DNA from: Octopus vulgaris | Lineage: Eukaryota | Direction of reading: 5' to 3' | Length of the DNA: 64,000 nt | Assembly: GCA_951406725.2 (NCBI GenBank) | Contig: OX597814.1 | Coordinates: forward strand, 193,564,001 to 193,628,000 | Shown here: piece after piece, positions 11,991-25,130 of the stretch | Numbering within the stretch: position 1 is the first letter of the stretch | Layout: every line of letters starts with the position of its first letter | The notes under the pieces: generated by a model | The model's input: the letters and a program-made list of their open reading frames with translations, nothing else | Databases searched by the model: none | Told to the model about the DNA's origin: nothing | Position numbers and translations under genes: made by a program

Positions 11991-12653
11991 ACATACAAAA
12001 TTAAGAGGAATGACCTCTAAAGTGGACACCCTATATGCTAAACATAGACGTCAAATAGCCATTACCACGAAGAATATTTTCTAAAAAAAAAATCCCAGCA
12101 AAACGCCAAAATGTAAAAATGTAAAAATGAGACAAATGAAAACATACGAAATAAAAACGATTACTTACGTACCATTAGTTTCACTTGTTAATATCTACGT
12201 ATATAAACACGCCAAAGTGAAGGTATTTGAAAAAATACACCCAAGTATAATTTGTAGAACTTTACACATGCTCGATTTCGGTTGAGCGTTCTGTATCTAG
12301 TTCTGGAAATTGTGTTCTGTAAGCGACAGACTACACTGATGATCTTGCAGATGTTGCCGACAAATATATTGAAACCACTTGTTTTACCTATCTGTTGACA
12401 ATTGAGCATGTGACTTTCTGTAACGCAGGAAATATGAAAATTGTGATTTGTGCGAGAAATTGATTGAATGCATTTTTAACTTTCGTGTTCAATGAACTAG
12501 TCGACAAAATGTTTTTTTTTTAATATTTAATTTGTAATGTGCTATTTTGTTTTTTGATGACTATTTTAAGTTCATGCTATCGCATTAAATGCATATTTAA
12601 TGCTTAAAACCACAAAAGACGTGTTGTTAACTCTTTCTCTTTTGTATGGGTGT

Positions 12654-12760
12654 GTTAACCCGAAAGATGGTACCCACACTCAACAAGTGGAGAGTACGTG
12701 GGCCTCTGTGAAGCGAGGTAATAAATTATGCTGTGGGACTTACCATTCTATTGTAGATAG
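12654..12760 (+). pseudogene. Merlin/IS1016-type transposase fragment
   Basis: Translates VNPKDGTHTQQVESTWASVKRGNKLCCGTYHSIVD, matching the Merlin/IS1595 HTQxIESxW catalytic-Glu motif. Confidence 0.7.
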
Positions 12761-12848
12761 ATAAAATAGACACTTATCTATGTCTGCGAAATTTGGAGTA
12801 ATGGCCTAACACACACACACACACACACACACACAAATATCTACACAC

Positions 12849-12907
<59 letters not shown>

Positions 12908-13869
12908 AGGAATGACCACTAAAATGGACACCCTATATGCTAAACATAGACGTCAAATTGCCATTACCACGAAGAATATGTTTTCATCCCAGCAAAACGC
13001 CAAAATATAAAAATGAGTTAGACAAATGAAAACGTGAATTTATGTAGCGCAGGAGTTACGAAAATGGTGATTTGTTTGAGAAATTGATTGAATGTATTTC
13101 CAACTTACGTTTTTAATTTTGAAAATATTTTGTCATGTGTTGCTTATTGCATACTTAAATGTTTGTTTTCTAAGCGTATTTTGTTCATTCTTTTATTTTC
13201 ATATATAACATATAAACATGCACATCTTTTAGAATATTGTCATTTTATAAGACTTCGCTGGAAAATTTTAAAATTAAAATAAACATTTATTTACATGAAA
13301 GAAAATTACCGGAGAACTTTCATCTAATACTTCCAAATCTTTCTGTTAAAACCGTATTGAAACCATTTGCGGGGAAAATTGTAATGTGTTCATCGTATGT
13401 AACGTGTCGTTCATCGTATTTGCATTAAATACATATTGAATGCTTAAGACTACTTGTTTACTCGGTTCTTTTTGTCATTGAGGTGGTTGTGAGGTGTACT
13501 AAAAATAACAGCTGAATAACGTTTTTTTTATATTTTGTTTTTGGATTTGGTTTGCAAGATTCTTTATATGAGTTCGTGTGTTGAAGCATATTCTGTTGTG
13601 TCTGGAGAGAGTCATTTTCTTTTTGTGCCTTATTTTCAAGACCATTGGAAAGTTTGCAAGACGTAACGAAAATTTTAGGAAAATAAAAATAAGAAATAAG
13701 TGGAAATTTTACCAGTGGGTGTGTTAAATTATAAGATACAAAAAGAAAATGACTCTTCCTAGACACAACAGAACGTTTTTTTTTTAGATTAATCGTTTAA
13801 GTTCATCTTTCGCATTAAATGCATATTGAATGCTTCAAACTACAAAACACGTGTTATTTATAAATATTG

Positions 13870-14120
13870 ACACACGTACTATTTTCAGGATGTTGACAAC
13901 AAAATGTACAGTCACACACAATGACAGCTTCTAAATCCTGCTTCCTGACTGGGTGAAAATGATCAAAATTTAAACCTCTATAACTTTTTTAAAATATTTT
14001 TCTGGAAAAAGTTAAATAACTTCAGCAATTCAGCTTGGAAAAGTACATTAATGTGCCAAATTTTAAAATTTTCGATAAACTTAAATTTTTGAAATGCTGG
14101 CAACCAAACCAACAAGATCC
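13870..14120. mobile_element. Probable Merlin-like terminal region
   Basis: Ends ...aacaagatcc. It follows internally repeated blocks (gcattaaat.catatt.aatgctt at ~12582, ~13422, ~13812) that surround the Merlin motif. Confidence 0.35.
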
Positions 14121-14121
14121 T

Positions 14122-14572
14122 ACAGTAGTAACATTGTCCTAAGCAGGAATGCCACTTTTCGTTGTCAAATAGACTTTACTATGCAGTATTGTTACTACAT
14201 ATTTCTCGCTCAGAGATTTAAAATAGTTGTTTTTTCTCCCTACGAGGTCAGTGACTGTGTGTCACTTTAAAAGCATATACTGTGAGAGAGGTTGAGTGGC
14301 TGCCATCTCTAGCCAGTGATTGTTCTGTACTGAAGAAGGGAAATTATCCAAAAACCATTGGTCTGCAGGTATCGCTAAGGCTGGAGGGGGAACATTAGCA
14401 CCCTTGCTCACAATATACTGACAAAGATGATGTACCGAAAGCCAGCTGGAAAAGATATTTTCCTGGGGCTAAACAGTAGTAACATCGTCCTAAGCAGGTT
14501 TCCTCTTTACGTTGGCAAATAGACTTTACTACATATATCTCGCTCAGAGATTTAAAACTGATTTTCTCTTGG
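14122..14572 (+). mobile_element. Pseudo-LTR-like unit: ~100-bp direct repeats flanking a hammerhead motif (14325-14368)
   Basis: cagtagtaacat.gtcctaagcagg...ctcgctcagagatttaaaa occurs at 14122 and 14474. Between them: CUGUA-CUGAAGA-AGGGA...UCC-aAAA-ACCAUUGGU-C-UGCAG, with the G of GAAA lost. Confidence 0.65.
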
Positions 14573-14575
14573 TAC

Positions 14576-14938
14576 ACACATACATGCATTCATACATACA
14601 TACATACATACATACATACATACATACATACATACATACATACGTACGTATGTACGTACGTACGTACATACATACATACATACATACATACATACATACA
14701 TACATACGTACGTACGTACGTACGTACATACATACATACATACATACATACATACGTACGTACATACATACATACATACATACGTACGTACATACATACA
14801 TACATACATACATACACACATACATACATACATACATACATACATACATACATACGTACGTACGTACGTACACACATACATACATACATACATACATACA
14901 TACATACATACATACATACATACATACATACATGCATA
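14576..14938. repeat. (CATA)n/(CGTA)n microsatellite
   Basis: Read directly; source of the overlapping MYVC/HTYI ORFs. Confidence 0.95.
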
Positions 14939-15365
14939 CCAGAGAGGATGCAATATTATCGTTAAGGCACGAAATTGCATTTGACCTGATTGCACTTGGT
15001 TGATAACTGATGAGGATTTGGTGACCTTCTGTGTCTCTCGTTTCAAACTGTGTCCTCTTGAAACACAACTGCTTATTCCAGTATTACAATCCGGTATGTA
15101 GCCGTTGTAGTTGCTGTGTTGATGTGAAATACATAATAGAGTTGAAAATTCTGGAAATATTGTTTTGCAGAGTTATTATTTAACGTAACAGGAATCTGGA
15201 AATGCTTATTAATGATAAATAAATAATTATTATATGATTATCTGCCTGAAGAATTCCTAATAGGACGCATTACACGTTTATTCAACGTGTACAATTTTCT
15301 GATTCATAGTAGCAAAGAAATATATTTAATGGCGAATAAATAATACCAAATAATTTTCCAGGTAC

Positions 15366-15402
<37 letters not shown>

Positions 15403-15720
15403 GGCATATATTATGTATGTATATTCAAAATTGCTGGAGAATTCAAAGCCACCATGATAAAAGCACTCAACACATTGCTTCTGTCTGAGGAAAGAGTCAG
15501 CCATGCTAACGAGACATGCGATAGAAAGTGGATGGCCGGAAAGTACCGGGAAATTGTTGGAGTATTTTGTTGGAGACTAGACTACTGCAGTTCAATGAGG
15601 TGGAGAATCATCAATGCCAGGAGCAAGAGAGAGGGCTTAGTGCAATGAATCCACGATTCAACAAAAGAGGATTTTGAAAGGAGTAGTGTCTCGTTACATC
15701 CATTGTGCAGCCACGCCTGC

Positions 15721-15777
<57 letters not shown>

Positions 15778-15804
15778 TATATATATTTATATACATACAC
15801 ACAT

Positions 15805-15847
<43 letters not shown>

Positions 15848-15954
15848 GATAGATATACACACGCGCATATATATATATATAGATATATAGATATATATAT
15901 ATACACATACGCACACTCACGCGCATTCACACACGTTTACACACACACACACAG

Positions 15955-16163
15955 ATACACCGTACCCTTAATGTAGTTCTGAGGGAGATCCAGCGTGGCA
16001 GAATGTGACAAGACTGACCTTTTGGATCACACGTACAACTAATTTTTGCCAGCTGGGTGGAACGGAAGCAAAGTGAAATAAAGTGTCTTGCTCAAGGAGA
16101 CAATGCGCCGCCGGGAATCGAACGCACGATCGTGAGCCGAATATCCTAAGTCACGGGCCTTCA
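15955..16163 (-). mobile_element. SINE family B-related, alternative 3' body; another copy at 27230-27553
   Basis: Shares gaaataaagtgtcttgctcaagga...ggaatcgaac head with family B. The body cagcgtg.caga..tgtgacaag differs. Confidence 0.6.
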
Positions 16164-16202
16164 GTAACTAAAGCAGGGTATTAGATACGTAAATCCATTT
16201 AG

Positions 16203-16850
16203 TACAGGCGTGGCTGTGTGGTAAGAAGCTTGCTCCCCAACCACATGGTTCCGTGTTCAGTCCCACAGCGTTACACCTTTGGCAAGTGTCTTCTAGTATA
16301 GCCTCAAGCCGACCAAAGTGAGTGGATTTGGTAGACGGAAACTGAAAGAAGCCCGTCGTATATATATGTAGTTAATGAAAAAAAAACGAAGAAAAAATAC
16401 ATGAAAAACAACGTGAGGACGTGGTACATGCAAAGTATTAATGAGACGCTCAGAGAATGAAAGAAAGAGTGGTTGTTTTACGTTTCGAGCAAAGCTCTTC
16501 TTCAGAAACAGGAGACATATGGAAGTCCAAAAAAAAAAAAGGAAGAAGGAGGGGGAAATCACCAACAGTCCTCGTGTAGTTACATTTTTGAAAAATATGT
16601 GTGAGTGTGTGCGTGTGTATGTGTGTGTGTGTGTGTATGTGTGTGTGTGTGTTTGTCCCCCACCATCGCTTGACGACCGATATTGGTAGTTTACGTCCGC
16701 GTAGCATAGCGGTTCGGCTAAAGACACCGATAGAATAGGCTTACAAAGAATAAGGTCCTGGGGTCGATCTCTTTGAGAAAACAAACCAAAAAAATTTTTA
16801 AGGTGTTGTTCCAGCATGGCTGCAGTCATATGACTGAAACAAGAAAAGAA
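16203..16850 (+). mobile_element. SINE family A with a nested hammerhead element in its internal TA tract
   Basis: Head 16203-16360, insert 16369-16595, tail 16650-16850. Confidence 0.8.
16369..16595 (-). mobile_element. Family P1-related element with canonical minimal hammerhead at 16475-16509
   Basis: GUUU-CUGAAGA-AGAGC-UUU-GCUC-GAAACGU-A-AAAC on the minus strand. Confidence 0.8.
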
Positions 16851-17504
16851 TTAAAAAAACAAAACAACCTCTACATATGAATATGAGCATAAATTATTGC
16901 CTACGTAAGAACATAAACAAATCCACCCACGTCTAGACATGGGGGAGACACCGACAGAAAAAGAAAAGAAAAGAAAAAACAGAGAGAGTGAGACAGAAAC
17001 AAGGGGAAAAGGTTAAAACCAGAGAGAAAGGGGGGAGGTGGAGTCAGACGGAAAACCAGACTAAACAGTCTGACAGTCGTATAATGGTTGTAAAGCTGCA
17101 GATAGGGAAAGCTAAAACCATCGGTGTTTAGACTTACTCAGCTCTGGTTTCCTTCGGTCTTTGTTCATTGACAATAATTTGTAACGGTTGGTTTCACATC
17201 GCTATTTTAACCCCCCTCAACAGACGGTTAATGGATCTTCCATTTTATCCAATCAAAAAGACTCCTCATCCTACACTCTTAATTTTTCTCTTTTCCCTAA
17301 ACACGTATTTCAAAGAAGCTAATTCTTTATGACAACGAAAGGAACTTCAGTCCAGTTATTCGGACTAGGAATATCACAGTCTGGTACTTAGGAAACATAG
17401 TTTTAAATGTTGGTAGTTTTCGTTTCCTTTTTTCTTTCTCTTTATCTTTCGTTGTCATTGTTGTATTCGTCATCATCATCAGCATTATTATTATTATTGT
17501 TATT

Positions 17505-17725
17505 CAGTAGTTTTATTTTTATAGCGTGCTTTCACTTCTCTACCGAGCGCAGCTCTGTGTGCCTTGGTTATATACTGTGGTTTGCTGTGATGCTCTTATG
17601 GTTACTGTATTGAAAGTGTTTTGCGTAGGATGTGCGCAGTGCCCAGTAGTGCAATTTTATGTATGTTATATATATTTGTAAGTCCTTGTGTTTTTGTTAT
17701 GTATTTGTCTGAATATTTTTTATCA
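17505..17725 (-). mobile_element. R4/Dong-type non-LTR retrotransposon family A, 3' fragment in (TAA)n
   Basis: Near-identical to the 3' end of 22851-23845; encodes ...KIALLGTAHILRKTL; flanked by TAA repeats. Confidence 0.85.
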
Positions 17726-17740
17726 TATTATTATTATTAT

Positions 17741-18010
17741 TTTTCTTCCTTTTTCTTTCTTCTTTCAAATTTTCTTCCATTTCTTGCCGAGTGTCTTCCC
17801 GACTACTAGGGCAAAGAAACTCATAGTATACATTGGTAGGCCATGAAACTAAACTCACTAGTTCGTTCATCTTTTTTTTTTTAAGTTAAATTAAAATACA
17901 TGGGTAGTAATAGTTCTCACATCGACAATGCTCTTCTCAATACGTGTGATGTACCAGTTAAGACAATCTTTTGCACTTCTTGCAGGGATGGTAAGCCAGG
18001 GATCATTCTC

Positions 18011-18012
<2 letters not shown>
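17741..18012 (-). mobile_element. R4/Dong-type family B, 3' fragment including 3' UTR
   Basis: 17883-18012 matches 20666-20782 and encodes MRMIPGLPSLQEVQKIVLTGTSHVLRRALSM*. The UTR ends at a TAA tract. Confidence 0.8.
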
Positions 18013-18055
<43 letters not shown>

Positions 18056-18072
18056 TAATAATAATAATAATA

Positions 18073-18830
<758 letters not shown>

Positions 18831-18856
18831 ATTATTATTATTATTATTATTATTAC

Positions 18857-18926
<70 letters not shown>

Positions 18927-18934
18927 GCTACTAT

Positions 18935-19490
18935 TGAGTGAGAGAGCAGTGCATGCGATCAAAGTGACATTGGGGTAAAATATACGAAGCCCAGTATACC
19001 CGTCATGACTACCCGTCTGATAAGGGTACACCAGGCACATGCATCACAACCATATGTGCGCGACATGGTGATCTCATATCAAGATAAACAGTGCATGACC
19101 TTGCAGGTGGAGCCCAGTTAGAATTTCCTTCTGGTCGAGTAGACCATCCCGCTCAAAAGATCCCTGAATAAGGGTTGTTTAAGGATGTTGAACAAAACAC
19201 ACATGTTTCCAGAGGTGAATTATTCAAACCCCAAAGAATTCCTCTCAACACATGGCTATGATGCTCCCACACTACTTCAGCTCATGATCAGACATGCATA
19301 TTTCGTCAGCCACTAAGGGACATGCTCAACTGGTTACAGTCAAACAACTAACACGCAAATCTGTGGTATTGAGCAGAATATTTGCTGTAGCCCATCTTTT
19401 ATACCAAGACAAAACAATGTACATGATAACACTTCCAATCAGTTAAGATCAGAAGCCACGAGAGCCACTGCCTGGTACTGCATCAGGGCA
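18935..19490 (-). mobile_element. ~560-bp element X with no recognisable ORF, inserted in (TAA)n (copy 1)
   Basis: Colinear with 24011-24578 and has the same two ends; TTA repeats on both sides. Strand is assumed by analogy with its neighbours. Confidence 0.75.
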
Positions 19491-19580
<90 letters not shown>

Positions 19581-19582
19581 AT

Positions 19583-19790
19583 CAAGGCGGCGAGATGGCA
19601 GAAGCGTTAGCACACCGGGTGAAATACTTAGTGGTATTTCGTCTGCCTCTACGTTCTGAGTTCAAACTCCTCCGAGGTCGACTTTGCCTTTCATCCTTTC
19701 GGGGTCGATAAATTAAGTACCAGTAAAACACTGACGCCAATGTAATCGACTAGTCCCCTCACCCCAAATTTCATGTTTTGTGCCTGGAAC
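19583..19790 (+). mobile_element. SINE family C
   Basis: aaggcggcgag.tggcagaa.cgttagc head, B box gagttcaaa, body gaggtcgactttgcctttcatcctttcggggtcgataaa; more than 12 copies in the window. Confidence 0.8.
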
Positions 19791-19813
19791 TCCTTTCCTG
19801 AGATTGCAAGCAG

Positions 19814-20205
19814 CTACTTCGTCGCATTTTCTTGGATTTCCTCGAAATTTTGATATCTTATCGGGGTCTTCCACTGCGAAGAATGAGCCTCGGTTTCGGA
19901 GTCATAGCCATAGACCCACGATTTGTCACCTGTTATGACCTTTTTTCGAAACGTTTTCGTTTTCCTCGACACATTGAAGATCCTGCTCAGCTGAAACCAG
20001 ATCTTATTTTTGAGACGACCACACTTTACACACTTTACTTCAAGTACTGCCGTAAACAACGGATGTGAGCGAGAACATCATAACTTAGTGTGCGTGCGCA
20101 ACAGAGTTCACGGTCAACCTATGTCAATCAGCTTCATTCTACAATACACTTGCTCCGTTACACTAGCAATAGTCCCAATACATTTTTTTTTCATCAGACC
20201 TCGCA
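19814..20205 (-). mobile_element. Internally deleted mariner element
   Basis: ORF contains VITGDKSWVYGYDSETEAHSSQWKTP, the mariner first catalytic Asp motif. The end t(g)cgaggtctga resembles a mariner TIR. Confidence 0.85.
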
Positions 20206-20557
20206 TATACCATTCATGTGTATATGTATATATTTAAGAATACTTGTCAGTTTTCTCCCAATATCGTATATACATCACATGATCTTATTCGGCATATTTT
20301 ATTTTTGGACTTTTAACGCCGCCGCACTAGAATATAAACATGATGTAATATAAGTTCCAATGAATAAATAGTTGTTACATGAAACTTGAAACATTCGCGA
20401 TCACGTGTTTGTCTCTGTTCGAAATTATTTCCTCGTGTGATGTAATGATGTCGGCCACAGTATTAGTCATTTAGTTATTACACACACATACACACACCCA
20501 CGCACACATATATATGGACATTCACACATATATATATACATATTATTCATACTCACA

Positions 20558-20620
<63 letters not shown>

Positions 20621-20665
20621 GGCGGCGAGCTGGCAGAAATGTTAGCACGCCGGGCGAAATGCTTA

Positions 20666-22815
20666 AGTTAAATTAAAATACATGGGTAGTAATAGTTCTC
20701 ACATCGACAATGCTCTTCTCAATACGTGTGATGTACCAGTTAAGACAATCTTTTGCACTTCTTGCAGGGATCATTCTCATATAATTTTCGGTTCCCTTCT
20801 TGATCATTCCTAGTGCTCCTACGATCACTGGTATTGTAACCGCCTTGAGATGCCACATTTTCTCAATTTCAATGAGCAGGTCTTTATATTTTCTGAGCTT
20901 GTCAAACTCTTTCGCTGAGATATTATGATCACAGGGGATGCTCATGTCGATCAATAAGCAAACTTAATTGTTTTGGTCTTTCACAACAATATCTGGTTTA
21001 TTGGCCTTGATGGTTCGGTCTGTATGTACTGGAAAGTCCCACAGAATCGTTACATTTTCTCCTTCAGTTACAGCCTCAGGGTGGTGATTTTACCACTTGT
21101 CGGCAGTTTTGATATTGTAATGCCGACTTATTAGCCAGTGTAGATATTGGCCAACTCTGTCATGTCTTAATTTATACTTCACTGGCGCTAAGACTTTACA
21201 TCCAGAGATTAGGTGGTCCACTGTCTCAATCATGTCATTGCAGAATCGGCATTTTGGGTCTGCTCCATTTTTCATCACATTGGCCTGGTAGTTCCGGGTT
21301 AATAGGCTTTGATCTTGAGCAGCCAGGATGAAACCTTCGCTCTCTGCTTTTAGCCCTGAGCTCCGTAGCCACTGATGGGTTTGCTTCTGGTCAACATCAG
21401 CTTGTTTGCTGCGGGCCACATATTTGCCGTGCAGAGGTTTCTCCTCCCACCTATCAGCCAATTGCTCGTGCGCTTTTTTCGTTGCCATTATTTTCACCTT
21501 CTTTGCAACAATAGTTGCCGTACTTCCCTCGTGTTGTTCAGTTTGGGTATCCTGCACGAGATCAATAGCAAATTTTTTGCTTTCCTTGATGATAGAATGA
21601 AGCTTCTTTCGTCTCTCGTGATTTTCCACGAGCTTTAGCATCCAGACATTCGTTATTTCGAGATATTTGGCCAGTCCAATTGTGGTTGTTTTGTAAGCTA
21701 GTTCAAATTGGATCAGGCCTCGACCTCCTTGGGCTCTGGGAAGGTAAAGGCGATCTACGTCTGCCTTTGGGTGGTGCATCCTATTACAACTCAGCAGCTT
21801 GCGTATTTTTCTATCTATATTCTTTACTTCACTCATATTCCAGTTCAACACATTGTAGCTATAAGTAACAACTGGAACTGCTAAGGAATTTATAGCTAAC
21901 ACCTTGTTACGTGCATTTAGTTCAGATTTCAGGACTGCACGAACTCTCCTATAACATTCCTTCCTGATCTTCTCTTTCATGCTTGCATGCTGAATACAAG
22001 AGCCTTCATTTGTCCCTAAATATTTGTATGTTTGTTCTTGCTCAAGCTCTCTTATGACTGTGTCAACATCTAACACGACTGAATTTGTGGTCTTCACTTT
22101 CCCTTTCTGGAAAGTGGCCTTGGCACACTTCTCAAGTCCAAACTCCATCCCGATGTCATCGCTGAATGCTTTCACAGTGCGCAATAGGCCTTCAAGTTCA
22201 TTATTGTCTTTACCATAAAGTTTTAAGTCATCCATATAAAACAGATAGCTTATTTTTTTATTGGCAATTTTATACCCATACCCTGTTCTGTTTAATTCAC
22301 TTCTAAGGGGTATTAGGGCTATGCAGAATATTAAAGGTGAAAGTGAGTCACCTTGAAAAATTCCACAGTTGATGTTTATATTTTCTGAGGCAAGTACTCC
22401 ATTAGAGTGGTGTAATTGGAGATTCGTATTCCACAACGACATATTGTGCTTCAGGAAGTTTGAAATCACAGGGGAAATTTTGAAGATGTCCAGCGATCTC
22501 AAGATCCATGGATGCGGTATACTGTCGAAGGCCTTTTTATAGTCAATCCATGCGGAGCTGAGATTTCTGCGCTTGTTGTGACAGTTCTCAAGGATCATAC
22601 GATTAATTAGCAGTTGATCTTTGCATCCGTAAGAGCCTCGGCGGCACCCTTTTTGTTCAATGGGGAAAATATCGTTCTTCTCCATGAATGCATATGTTTT
22701 CTCCGCCAGGATAGATGTTAGGATTTTATACGTGGTGGATAGACAGGTTATAGGCCGATAGTTTTTTGGAAGGTTGGTTTCGTTATTCTTTGGGAGTAGG
22801 TAAGTAATACCACTG
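20666..22815 (-). pseudogene. R4/Dong-type family B, 5'-truncated RT + CCHC + RLE endonuclease
   Basis: NYRPITCL, WIDYKKAFDS, GIFQGDSLSP, YMDD, YKYLG, CRFC..ETVDHLISGC, RHDRV, KPDIVV..LIDMSIP..KLRKY. Two in-frame stops (near 21090 and 20965) and a 14-bp deletion relative to the 17883 copy. Confidence 0.93.
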
Positions 22816-22850
22816 TTATTATAATTATTATTATTATTATTATTATTATT

Positions 22851-23844
22851 CAGTAGTTTTGTTTTTATTTTTATAGCGTGCTTTCACTTCACTACCGAGC
22901 GCAGCTCTGTGTGCCTTGGGTATGTGCTGTGATTTGTTGTGATGCTCTGATGGTTATTGTATGGAAAGTGTTCTGCGTAGGATGTGTGCAGTGCCTAGTA
23001 GTGCAATTTTCTGTATGTTATATGTGTTTGTAAGTCCTGGTGTTTTTGTTATGTATTTTTCTGAATATTTTTTTATCATGCCTAATGCACCTACTATGAT
23101 AGGAATTGTTTCTGTTTTCAGATTCCACATTCTAGTTACCTCTATTTCCAGGTCTTTGTATTTTGAGAGTTTCTCCATTTCTTTTAGAGACACGTTGTCA
23201 TCTGCCGGTACTGATACATCAATTAGAAAGCATTTTTTTTCTTCATGGTCTCTGACAACTATATCTGGTCTGTTGGCCTTAATTTCTCTATCTGTGTGTA
23301 TCGGCATATCCCAGAGTATGGTTGCTTTCTCGTTTTCTGTGACCTTTTCTGGTGTGTGCCTATACCATCTTTTTTCTGTTGTTATTCCATAATGTTGGCA
23401 TAGCTTCCAATGTATGTAAGTTCCAACTCTGTCATGTCTGTGAATATATTCCTTCTTAGCCAGGACTGGGCAGCTAGAGATAATATGATTTATTGTTTCT
23501 TGTCCATCTCCACATATTCTGCAGTTACTTGTAATATTTCTTTTCATTACATGTTTTTGGTAATTTCTGGTGGGGAGGCTTTGGTCTTGTGCTGCAATTA
23601 AAAATCCCTCTGTTTCTGCTTTGAGTCCTGAGCTTCTCAACCATTGCTGGGATTTTTCTTTGTCTATTTCTTTTGCGTTTAGTTTAGTCCAGTATTTACC
23701 ATGAAGGGGCTTTTCTTGCCATCGTTTTATCATGGTTCGTTGCTGTTCTATTTTTAGTTTGGATTTCATTTTTTTTATAGCTTTTGTTGTTTCTTCATCT
23801 TCTTCTTCTTCTTCATGTTTATTAGGTGGTATGATTTCTTGTTT

Positions 23845-23845
<1 letters not shown>
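22851..23845 (-). mobile_element. R4/Dong-type family A, 5'-truncated, with uninterrupted CCHC-RLE C-terminus (ORF 22954-23769)
   Basis: KPLHG, AAQDQSL, CRICGDGQETINHIISSC, RHDRVG, RPDIVV..IDVSVP..KLSKY; (TAA)n on both flanks. Confidence 0.93.
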
Positions 23846-23893
<48 letters not shown>

Positions 23894-23916
23894 CATCATC
23901 ATTATTATTATTATTA

Positions 23917-24010
<94 letters not shown>

Positions 24011-24011
<1 letters not shown>

Positions 24012-24578
24012 GAGTGAGGGAGCAGCACGGGAGAGTATTTGTACACCAGTATCATCAAAGTGACTCTGGGATTCAAATATACGAAGCCCAAATGTACCCA
24101 TTATGACTACCCGTCTGATAAGGGTACACCAGGCACTTGCATCATAACCATATGTTCATGACACGGTGATCTCATATCAACATAAACATCGCATGACCTT
24201 ACAGGTGGAGCCTTTTAGAATTTTCTTCAGGTCGAGTAGCCCATCCCGCTCAAAAGGTCTATGATTAAGGGTTATTTAAGTATGATGAACGAAACACTCA
24301 TGTTTCCAGAGGTGTATTATTCAAAGAATTTCTCTCAACACATGGCTATGATGCTCAGCCACTATTTCTGCTCAAGATCAGAGATGCACATATCGTCAGC
24401 CACTAAGGGACACACTCAACTGGTTAAGGTCAAACAACTGACACGTAAATCTGTGGTATTGAGCAGAATATTTGCTGTAGCTCATCTTTTATACCAAGAC
24501 AAACCATGTACATGATAACACTTCCAATCAGTTCAGACGAGAAACCATGAGGGCCAGTGCCTGGTACTGTATCAGGAC
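24011..24578 (-). mobile_element. Element X, copy 2
   Basis: Same termini (tgagtgag.gagcag ... ctggtactg.atcagg) as 18935-19490; TTA-flanked. Confidence 0.75.
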
Positions 24579-24650
24579 TATTATTATTGTTGTTGTTGTT
24601 GATTTCTGTCTTTCTTTTTAAAAATTTTGTTGGTCTTGTTTACACGCAAA

Positions 24651-24682
<32 letters not shown>

Positions 24683-25130
24683 TCTTTGTTTTATCCTGTA
24701 TATCCAATGTGTTTTGTTATGGGGTTTGGTTTGAGTCTTCTTTTTAATAGTTTTTCCATTATGTATTGTTTGTGCAACGCAGGTTGTGTTCTTCTGTTGA
24801 GTATCGGACTTCTATGGCACATGTCATGAGCTTTGTTCATTTTATTGGATATTTACTGTATGAGTTTATCCCTGCATATTTTTGGAGGTGTGTTGCATAG
24901 TAGTGTGTGTAAATTTTTAATCAACCATTTCATAGTATTCATGGTTATCTGTCCAACCTTTTTGGGGAGTTGGTTTTGTTATGAGTTCGTCTTTACTTTT
25001 TGAGAGATCAACGCCCATGGACATGCGTTGATGTTTCTTTTGTATTTATAATTATTATTGATGTATAAGCGAGAGACCGAGAAGAAATAGCAATTTGCAT
25101 GTATAGAGAGGTCTTGTATAAATATGGATG

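Noticed and set aside
18935-19490. HDV-like or twister ribozyme, or snRNA origin, for element X
   Set aside because: I could not fit the required pseudoknot pairings or an snRNA match by eye; left open for a covariance-model search.
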